Source: Mobula hypostoma
Lineage: Eukaryota
Length of the DNA: 64,000 bases
Reading direction: 5' to 3'
Assembly (NCBI RefSeq): GCF_963921235.1
Contig: NC_086097.1
Coordinates: 57,352,001 to 57,416,000 of the forward strand
Part shown: positions 48,673 to 58,754 of the stretch, piece by piece
Numbering within the stretch: position 1 is the first letter of the stretch
Layout of the letters: each line of letters opens with the position of its first letter
Position numbers and translations under genes: made by a program
The notes under the pieces: model-generated
Told to the model about the DNA's origin: nothing
Databases searched by the model: none
The model's input: only the letters and a program-made list of their open reading frames with translations

Positions 48673-50158
48673 TCAGTGAGAGAAGTGACAGCGATGGGAT
48701 GAGGCAATCCTACTGATGTCGGGCCTGTATTCTGTTGTGGCAATCCTGAGACACTGGCCAAGATGTGCATTGGAGAGTCTGTTTCGGTCCTGGTTCTTGA
48801 TAGAGTTCATTGAAGAAAACGATGACTCACATATGTACGTGGAGGGGAACAGTATGAGTAGGAGCATTGCAATAGCTCTCGTGTTTTTGAATTGAGCTTG
48901 GGGAACCACGTTGATCCAAAAGTCACTCACCCCAATGTCGTTGCATTGTGCTTTGAGCAAATCAGATGTTCCCATTTCCAAGACCTCCAACTGAAGAGTT
49001 GCCTCATCTGTGGAAGGCACCAGCCTTTTGGCCTCTACAGTCCACTGACCGTCAGCCGAAACAGAGAACGGCTGTCTCAGGAAGAGGAGGATGTCACCTG
49101 AGAGTTTAGGGGAGCTTTCAAATCGTTCCCTGAAGTTTTCTGCCAGGCTCGTCATGAAATCCTTCATCACTGGATCCTCCCACATTTCGTTCTTCTCGCA
49201 ATGCTCCCACAGACGTGGAAAGTGCAACTTTCTCCTGTGAATGTCTCTCTCCAAAAGGTTCAGCTTTGACTGGAAAGCGTCAATCGTGTCCGCAACAGTG
49301 TGGTTGTTGCCTTGTAATTGCAGATTAAGTTGATTTAGATGGGACATGATGTCACACAAAAAAAGAACATGTGCCATCACCTTGTTGTCACTTAAAAACC
49401 TCTTAAATCCTTGGGCTTTTTGGCTCTGCAGACTGGATAAAAATGACACAACCTCATTGCACAGGTCGCACACCCTGTCCAACACAAGGCCTTTGCTCAG
49501 CCAGCGAACATCATTATGAAGCAAAAGATCTTTGTGTTCCGCTGACATTTCCTCCAGCAATGCTCTGAAAAGGCAATGTTGCAGACTAGAACTCTCACGA
49601 ACGAAATTTACCAGTCTCGTTACAGTATCCATTGCCTCTTTCATTTCCCCACACAGTTTAGTGCACAGCACTGATTTGTGAATAATGCAATGAAATGCCA
49701 AGAGTGCTGGTAAACCTGCCTACCAAGCTCTTGTGTTTTACCACCATCAACGGAGCCCCATCGGTGACAATGGACACAATTTTGCTCACATCTAAGCCAT
49801 TCTTCCCAACGAACTGCATCAATTCGTTAAAAATTATTTCCCCAGTTATATGCCTAGGTAGAGGAAGCAAACAAAGTAGCTCTTCCTGGAAGGTCTTCCC
49901 ATCAAAAAATCTTGTGAACACAGATAGCTCTTCCATATCAGTTCGGTCACAGGGCGAGTAAATGGCTAGTGATATGGCTTCTGCTTTCTCTAAATCAGTG
50001 AGTAGATTGGAAAAACACTCCTCCGCTAAAACTTCTACTCCTCTTGTTGCCGTAGCTGACAATGGCGCCGTCTGTAATAGCTCCACAACAGTGTCCTTGG
50101 TTTCCTCATCATGACTTAAAACTTCGCCAACCATATCAATTGCACACGTTTTAATCAA
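48673..50158 (-). pseudogene. hAT transposase pseudogene (frameshifted, N-terminal BED region missing)
   Basis: Two overlapping frames. The first catalytic Asp motif appears as LAIYSPCD rather than LALDESTD; the 342-aa C-terminal ORF is still open. Confidence 0.85.
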
Positions 50159-50348
50159 CTTGGCATCGCACGCTCTATGGGGGCGTAGGTCTAGTGGGCG
50201 GTGTGGGATGAGGTTAAAGTAAATTAGAGCAGCGCACGCTTTACTTACATGTTATGACAGGTGCATTCACGTAAGTGCCAATGGGTCGGCGCAGTCCAGA
50301 CATTTGGTTCTCACGGTCAGGACCTGGCCCGCGGTCCACCTATTGGGC

Positions 50349-50458
50349 AACACACATCAAAGTTGCTGGTGAACGCAGCAGGCCAGACAGCATCTCTAGG
50401 AGGAGGTACAGTCGATGTTTCGGGCCGAGACCCTTCGTCAGGACTAACTGAAGGAAGA
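50349..50458 (-). mobile_element. 110-bp PLE family-1 terminus insertion
   Basis: 15-bp TSD gtccacctattgggc (50334-50348) / gtccgcctattgggc (50459-50473). Confidence 0.88.
50410..50445 (-). ncRNA. Minimal hammerhead ribozyme motif (AUC variant)
   Basis: Minus strand AGUC-CUGACGA-AGGGUCUCGGCCC-GAAAC-AUC-GACU. Confidence 0.8.
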
Positions 50459-50759
50459 GTCCGCCTATTGGGCTTGTCTGATATACACAATTGTAAATCT
50501 ATAATGATTTAATCTATAATGAGATCCCAACCGTGAGCAAAATCACATTCAAACAACAAGCTTTTTATGTTCAGAACCGTAATTCAAATTACTATCCTCA
50601 CTACAACTAATCATCTCTCTGTGGTTCGTTCTCAATGGATTGTCCTTTAACTTCTTATAAATATAGCCTCCAGAAGTAAGTTGAGGACAATTTAATGCAG
50701 TAGCCCCTCAGAGAGTGCTATATTAGGTAAGCCTGTATATCCCATTAATGGCACTTTCT

Positions 50760-51248
50760 AATGAGCCAATCATGTGGCAGCAACTCAATGCATAAAGGCA
50801 TACAGATATGGTCAAGAGTTTAAGCTGTTGTCTAGTTCAAACATCAGAATGGGGAAGGAATGTAATGTAACTGACTTTGACCATGAAATGATTGTTGGTG
50901 CCAGACAGGATGGTTTGAGTATCCCAGAAACTGTTCACCTCCTGGGATTTTCACGCACAGTAGTCTCTAGAAGTGATAGAGAATGGTGCAAAAACCAAAA
51001 AAAAAAATCCAGTGAGCTGCAGTTTTGTGGGCAAAAGTGACTTGTTAGTCAGAGAGATGAGAGGAGAATGGCCAGGCTGGTTCAGTCTATCAGGAAAGTG
51101 ACAGTAAATCAACAGCCAAGCATTGCAATAGTGGTGTGCAAAAGAGCATCGTTTGACACAGAACACATCAAACCTTGAAGTGATGGGCTACAGCAGCAGA
51201 AGGTGACACCGGGGTTCCACTCTGTACCTAATAAAGTGGCCGAGTGTG
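50760..51248 (+). mobile_element. Non-autonomous Tc1-like element
   Basis: Paired-like HTH remnant MGKECNVTDFDHEMIVGARQDGLSIPETVHLLGFSRTVVSR; right end gtacctaataaagtggccgagtgtg|ta. Confidence 0.8.
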
Positions 51249-51674
51249 TATTTAACAGTAACGAGAAATAATTGTGGATCACTATGTTGTAAACTTTAAT
51301 GTACCTGTGTGTCTTCTGTTTTTCTTTACTCCTGTGCTGAATATCATTTCTTGAACTGCTGCAGTCCTTGAGATGTGGGTCTACCCACAACGCTGTTACA
51401 GACGGAATTCCAAGATTTTATCTTGACAACAGTGAGGGTACAGCAATATTTTCTAGTTAGGATGTTGTGTGGCTTTAAGGGCAATCTCCCAGTGGTGGTG
51501 TCACCATGCTTATGCTGCCTTTGTCCTTCTAGCTGGTAGGGGTTATGGGCTTTGGAGATGCTATCTTAGGAATCTTTTTATTTCTTATTTAATATTGCAT
51601 TATCTCATTAATTATACATATTGATTACAAAGTTCAGATCCTTAAAAATTTATAGCATTTTCCTTTTAATTAAT

Positions 51675-52060
51675 GACATACTTCTATAGATGTACAGTGG
51701 AGTGTATCCTGCCTGGTAGGGAAATACCAATGCCTAGGAATTGAAAAGTCTATAGAAAGTGTTGGGTACATCCCAGTCCATCACAGGCAAAACTCTCCCC
51801 ACCACTGAGCACATCTACAAGGAGCACTGCCACAAAAAAGCAGCATCTTTCAAGGACTTCCATCATCCAGGCCATACTCTCTTCTTGTTGCTGCCATTGC
51901 GAAGGAAGTACAAGAGCCTTAGGTCCCATGCCCCCAGGTTCAGAAATGGTTACTACCCTTCAACTATCAGGCTCCTGAATCAGTGTGGATAGCTTCACTC
52001 ATTGAACGGATTCCACAATCTATGGGCTTACTTTCAAGGACTCTACAACTGATGTTCTCA
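51675..52060 (+). mobile_element. LINE (Rex-like) 3' fragment; similar pieces at 53385-54150
   Basis: AASFKDFHHPGHTLFLLLP...RFRNGYYPSTIRLLN C-terminal motif. Confidence 0.7.
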
Positions 52061-52272
52061 GTATGGTGGATACTGGTTAACTGGGACACCTCGGGACCAA
52101 CACATTTTGGCCCAATTAAGCGGCCACCCCAATTAGCCAAAGTTTCATCGAAATAATTAAAAATGGTATTTAAAAAAAAGCAACCATTTAACTGAATAAC
52201 AAATTACGTATTTAAATGAAATACAGAACAAATTAGGACACTACCAGTACTACTACAGTACTATAGAACTGT

Positions 52273-52767
52273 AAACACGAGGAAATCTGCAGATGCTGGA
52301 ATTTCAAGCAACGCACATAAAAGTTGCTGGTGAACGCAGCAGACCAGGCAGCATCTCTAGGAAGAGGTACAGTCGACGTTTCGGGCCGAGGCCCTTCATC
52401 AGGACTAACTAAAAGAAGAGATAGTAAGAGATTTGAAAGGGGGAGGGGGAGATCCAAAATGAGAAGAGAAGGTAGGAGGGGGAGGGATGGAGCCAAGAGC
52501 TGGACAGTTGATTGGCAAAAAGGATATGAGAGGATCATGGGAAAGGAGGCCTAGGGAGAAAGATTTTTCTCCCTCTGTCCCTCTCACTATACCCCTTGCC
52601 CATCCTCTGTTTTTTCTCCCCCCTTCCCCTTTTCTTCCTCTTTAGGCCTCCTTTCCCATGATCCTCTCATATCCCTCTTGACTCCATTCCTCCCCCTCCT
52701 GTCTTCTCCTATCATTTTGGATCTCCCCTTCCCCCTCCCACTTTCAAATCTCTTACTAGCTCTTCTT
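52273..52767. mobile_element. Penelope-like element (family 1), second fold-back insertion
   Basis: Minus arm 52273-52560 includes the complete terminus and tail; plus arm about 52563-52767 is the same UTR in reverse orientation. Confidence 0.85.
52371..52406 (-). ncRNA. Minimal type I hammerhead ribozyme, all core nucleotides intact
   Basis: Minus strand AGUC-CUGAUGA-A-GGGC-CUCG-GCCC-GAAAC-GUC^GACU; stem I AGUC/GACU, Watson-Crick stem II, palindromic ACGU in place of stem III. Confidence 0.88.
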
Positions 52768-55700
52768 GGAGTCCCCCACTCCTGTCTTGCTGCTGGTCAT
52801 GGTGATGAATGTTTGTCTGCATAAAGGTGCCGGATCTGCTTGGTCCACTGAGGCCTTCAGAAGACAGTGAAATCTGTACAGCATTAAGTTCATTTTAAAG
52901 TACATTGCTTAAAAGGAAATTACATGCCACAGGTTGCAGTGAAAGCCATTTAAAGGAAGTATATTTTGAAGTTTTGTACGTAACCTACAGAACATTGCCG
53001 TGGTTCATTGCAACAACCTTTGCTATCAATGCACCTGTCCCTGCAGTATACCACTTGTTACAGTCTTGCAATCATTTTAAAAAAAGCATCCATTGCTATC
53101 CTCTGCCTCCTATCACCAAGCAAATTTTAGATCCAACTTGCCAATATTCTTGGATCCTTTGTATCTTAACCTTCTTGGTTAGACTACCATGTAGAACCTT
53201 GTCAATAGCCTGTCTAAAGCCCATGTAAATCATGTCTACTCTGTCTTCACTTTCTTAGTTGCCTCCTCAAAAACAATCAATCAGACTCGTGAGACATGAT
53301 TTCCTGTACATAAGCTTTTCTAAAGCTTCTTTCATAACACATTAAACACTATTGTAAACTAATTGAGTGATATTTGAACATAAGGGGGTGAGCTTTAAAT
53401 TCCTTGGTGTTTCATTTCAGAGCATCTGTCCTGGGCCCTGTATGTAATTGCCATGACAAAAAAAGCACAAGTAGCATCTCCAATTTCTTAGAAGTTTGCG
53501 AAGATTTGGCATATCATCTAAAACCTTGACAAATTTCTGCAGATGTGCGGTGGAGACTATATTGACTGGCTGCATCAGGGCCTGGAATGGAAACACTAAT
53601 GGCCTTAATGGAAAAGCCTACAAAAGGTAGTGATACAGACAGCCTAGTCCATCATGCTTAAAAACCCTCCCATTTTGAGCCTATTTAAATAGACCGGTGT
53701 TGCAGGAAAGCAGCATCCGTCAACAAGGACCCCCATTATCCGGGCCATGTTCTCTTATCGCTGCTGCCATCAGGAAGAAGGTACAGGAGCCTCAGAACTC
53801 ACACCGCCAGGCTCAGGAACAGTTATTACCCACAGTGGAAATAACTAATCTGAACTTCACTTGTCCCATCATTGAAATGTTCCCAAAATCTATGGACTCA
53901 TTTTCAAGGACTCTTTATTTCATGTTCTCGATACTTATTGCTTATTTATTTAATAATATTATTTTTCCTTTGTTTTTGTTTTGCACAGTTCGGTATCTTT
54001 TGCACACTGGTTGTTTTGTCCCGTTGGGTGCAGTCTTTCATTGATCCTGTTGTGTTTTTGTATTCGCTATTAATACCCACAAGAGAATGCATCTCAGTAT
54101 TGTATATGATGACATACATGTACTTTGATAATAAATTTATTTTGAACTTTTGAGCTCTTCTCCATGACATCCATACTAAACCCTTTTAACCTTTCTACAT
54201 TTTTTCGTGGATCCTTTCCACATTAACATTTACTTCCACTCCTGTTTTTTGGCTTTTGACATGACCAATAAGGGCAATACATACTCTTTATTATATGGGG
54301 TAAAATGTGTGTGAGGGGGTATGTAGTGGTCAATTTGTGTAGAAGTGCATTTATGCTGCTTCCTTGGGGTTTTTGATGCACTTTAAGCATAGCCAGAAGA
54401 TCTCAATAGCATCCCAACTGCATCTCTCTTTGAATGGTTGTGGGCTAGAGACTCTAAGGATTCAGTAGAGAGGTTACATTTCTCCAAGGAAGCTTTGAGC
54501 ACATCCTTTAACCATTTTTTTCTGTCTGCTTGGTATTATCTCATGATGTAGCTCAGAATAGAGTGATTGTTTTTGGAGTTTGGTGCCACAATGCTAAGAA
54601 CTTCTAACTTTCCCAATAGTGATTAGGATTGCTTTAGCGCAAGCAGCTTAGATGGGGCATAATTTAGTAACTATATCCAAGAAAGTGTTTTCAAGGTAAT
54701 ATGTAAAGTGATGGCAGAAATAGGGTAGAACTAGGACTTATCGTAGGAAATAATGTTTGCCTATCCAACAGAGCTACTTGAGGGTAACTAGAATTTCAGT
54801 GATGGAGCTGTTTGCCTGAGAGAGGATGGTAATATAATTTTGCTTGTCTTTCCAGTGAATTTGGAAATATTGTATGGTAGCATTGATTGTGTTTTCCCTG
54901 TGCACTGAGATGTCTGGAGGGGAAGGATTGCTACTGCTCAGTAGGCCGTGAGATTTCTGACAAGTTTGAGGTCTTGACCATCAAATACCCTTTCCTAAGA
55001 AACCATTGACCTAAGGCAATGCTGAATCTTCAAGTTTGATATGTGCTTCTTAAGGCATGGGAGGTGGTCCAGAATCTAACCATAAACATTTATAATTAAA
55101 GGTCAACATTGCTGATAAATAATTTTTTCCTTCCAGGTAAAGTACCTGGGAATCAGGCTCTACAGCCCACCAAGTCACAGTGACCATAGTACACCCCTTA
55201 CACCATAGGTTTCCAACCTTTTTAATGCCATGGACCCTTATCATTGATGCAGGGGTCCATGAACCCCAAGTTGGGAATCCCTGCTTTATATACTCCCTAC
55301 CATCATATTGACGACCCTGGATTTTACAACTTATACACACACTTGGGGCAAAGTGTAGCAGCCACTTAACCTATCATGTTAAGTATATGCCCCATCCCCT
55401 TGTATGCTTTGGTGAACGAGCCAATAATGTAATGGAGCTTGTCAACTGAGTGAATGGAAATGCAAGTACCATATATGTTTTGGGCAAATTTGTTTTTGGA
55501 GTGTAGTTGCTGTAGGTTGGACATTTTCTGATTTGTTCTTGACAGAGAGGTTTCTAAAGCACCATAATATGTAGTTATACTTTTCAGACACTTGCTATTA
55601 ATTACAGGCATTTTCAAACCTCAAGGCTAGGATGAGTTCATCACTCAATTATTAGAAACAATAGACTAGCTCTAAAATAATTCAAGGCTTTGTTGAAAGC

Positions 55701-55948
55701 TTATTAAAATTTAGTCATATTTGTAAAAACAAATATTTTTGTTGAAGTATAGCATAGAAATAAAATATCAATATGGAGTTTCATTTTCAAGAATTAGGCC
55801 ATTCTGTGTACGTGTTAAAATATTATAAATATATATATCAGATTCAACTTTATTGTCATTATGCCGATTACAGATACAAAACCAATGAAATGCAATTAGC
55901 ATCTGACCAGAAGTGCAAAAGAATAGTATGTCTTTACACGCACACACA

Positions 55949-56408
55949 CATGGGGTGATTGATAAGTTCGTGGCCTAAGGTAGAAGGAGATGAGTTATAC
56001 AGCTCTCATTACATGCACATGCAGTTCAACGCTTTGAGTGATTATACAGAAAGTTTGAGATTAATAACTCATCTCCTTCTACCTTAGGCAACAAACTTAG
56101 CAATCACCCCGATGAGTTATTAACTGATGAATTATTAACCTCAAACTTTCTGCATAATCACTGAAATCGTTGAACGGCGCGTGTATGTAACGAAAGCTGC
56201 ATAAGTCATCTCCTTCTACCTTAGGCCATGAACTTATCAATCACCCCCGCTGTGGGCTCTTTCTGGAGGTCCAAGATCGGTATGCTCCATGACCGCTGGA
56301 CTAAGTGTGTAAATGTAGGAGGGGACTATATTGAAAAATAAATGTGCTAAGTTTTCTAAAATTGACTCTTTTTCTACCTTAGGCCATGAATTTATCAATC
56401 ACCCCTCG
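55949..56408. mobile_element. Mariner-like MITE with internal TIR copies
   Basis: ggggtgattgataagttcgtggcctaaggtagaa at the left; its reverse complement at about 56075-56110, 56212-56247 and 56373-56408|ta. Confidence 0.85.
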
Positions 56409-57335
56409 TATATATGTCTTCTGCTTTGTGTTACTAGGGTTCATGATTGATTTGCTTTTAGATGTTTTTATCACCAACTGTTCATATGTAATTGATTATA
56501 AGCAATTTGGAATTCTGATATTAGGTTCTCACTAATTCTTTATTGAACTTAATTTTAATTAGATGTTAACATTGATATACTACTGTATCTTATTTTTCAA
56601 ATATATTTTCTGTACAGGAAGTTGTACTGATTATTTTAGTATCATACTGGAGGATGAGTAAACTCCTTATAGCACAGTTGATTTGACTTTGAGTGGATCC
56701 TGGGCTTGATTAAGAATATTTCTTGGGTTATTTGCTTTCACATCCATTAGAAATATACACTGTTTTCATCGGATAAATGCTTAGTTATATTTTACATTGT
56801 CACATTGAGCAATTTAATCATAGCACTTCTGTATTTCTGATTGTGCATGGACTTAACAAACCAATTGAAAATCCAAAACTGTTTTAAGTGGACTGAAAGC
56901 CAGAAGACTTTTCAATCATTTCTTCAATTTCATTTAATAATTATCCTTAAGTAAGAGTAAACATGATGGGATATATTCAGCACCATATGTAACAATATTC
57001 ATAAATGTATTAATAATTATTCTCCTGACATAATTGCAACACAGTTTTTTTGCTGATGAATCCTAATGGCTGTTTTTATGAAAGAATTTCCCATCCTAAA
57101 TTTCAACAGGTTTGGTGCCTTAAAAGTGGAGAATTAAGAAGTTGAGTGTAGTCCCACTCATATGCTCTGATATTACTTGCATGAGTATGGCCTTGGGTGA
57201 TCAATAAATAGTGATTGATAAAAAGTGGAACTGCATATCAGAAATAAAAATGAAACTATTTATCATTTTTCTGTCCTAATGTTTATTCTAAAAGTATACC
57301 AGCTCTTAGGCAGAAATATTTTATTTTTCATTTAG

Positions 57336-57599
57336 GGTGAAATTGCAAGGAAGAATTATCTTCAAAGTAAATCAAAACAACAAGAATTGAGTCTTACAAG
57401 AAAAGAACATGATGTCAAGGCTATCAAATTTAACAAAGATATAAAAGAGAAAGCACAAAATAAACCAGAATCAACTATAGACGGACCCAAAAGCACAGCA
57501 AGAACAGTGTGGAAGCAACTCAAGGAGGATTATGGAAATAGGAATCAGGGAAACATGGCTGCCACACAGTCATTGCAGAAGAAGGAACAGAAATCAAAG
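57336..57599 (+). CDS. KIAA0586: KIAA0586/TALPID3 internal coding exon, 264 nt, phase 0 to 0
   Basis: Acceptor ttatttttcatttag|GGT and donor AAG|gtgaat. Open 88 codons GEIARKNYLQSKSKQQ...KAIKFNKDIKEKAQNK...ATQSLQKKEQKSK, resembling recalled DELSRTDYEQKRFDQK...TKDIRTNTQDK...ASSLQKERK. Phase matches the previous exon. Confidence 0.85.
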
Positions 57600-58754
57600 G
57601 TGAATGTTATAACAAATATGAGAAATACTTTTTGAATTTTATACAATCGTATTACAAAAATATAATATAAAGACCTAGTATAAAGTTTTTTTTACCTGAA
57701 TCACATATAATGTAATTCAGCAATATGAATAATTCTTGCAACTGGTTTTGTTGCAATTTTAAGACGGACAGTAAAACTTCAATAATCTGTTATCATCTCT
57801 CTTACTATTTGCCTGAGTTGCATACTCTTTTCTGTGGGGAGTTCAGTTGGAGGATAAATGCACTCAAAATGCTAGAATAAATTCTGAATTTAAAATGAGC
57901 TTGGATTACTACATTAAAGCAGCCACCCTCTGAAGTTGCTGCTTACTGAATTTAGCAATCTTAGTGCGAGAGATTTGATTCCAGCTGTTGGGGACTATTC
58001 TTCATTTCCTCTTGTCTTCATTATTTTAGAGCTTCTTTATAGGTATTCCTTGGCATTACTCTCACCTCACCTCTGACGTCAACATGTTCTACTAGAACCC
58101 AAACTGATAGTCATTTGATGAGAAACTATCACTTCATCACACTATCAATCTATTATACTTTCCATCACATTATTTGCAACCAAGTATGGGCTGATGGAGC
58201 AGTAACTGACAAAATGGATTGATTGAATAGCATGTATCTAAAGAATGTTCGAAGTTGTTAGGTCAATATCAGTTTTAGCCACACAGGAACAGTTTGATGA
58301 AAGGAATATCTAGTTCAGGAGAATATTTTCAGTAATACAACAAGGACATTGTTTATGACTATAGTTATTGCTTTGTCCAAAGCCTTCAGATGTTAATTGA
58401 TATCTTATTGAGTGACTAGAATTAGATGCTTTCTGTGATGATGCAGTTCTTGATGAGCCTGAGGTGAATCTGTCCAATTGGCACTTCTGGCTGAAAACAG
58501 TTGTAAACATTAGTCTTTATTCTTTGCATTTGTGTATTGGGTTCCACAGTAGTAAAGGAAGTAGAACTTCAAATCTCATCAAAGTCAGATGGTCTTTTCA
58601 TGTCTAGTCCTGCAAAATGCTAGATAATGAACAAACAAATAGGATGCTATAATAGCATAAATACAGAGTTCGGACCTGTCTAAGAAACTCCCAGTGTGGC
58701 TGTGCTGCCATGTCTGGTGGGGCTGTTTTGCTGGTGGGACAGGAAATTCTTTGT

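Larger units (their letters stand above)
48025..50480 (-). mobile_element. hAT transposon of the Buster/Charlie (SPIN-like) group, internally deleted
   Basis: 8-bp TSD atatacac with central TA (48017-48024, 50481-50488); CAG...CTG ends; transposase ORFs 49658-50158 and 48673-49701 (VTDGAP, FHCIIH, HNDVRWLSKG, PSTYICESSFS). Confidence 0.93.
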
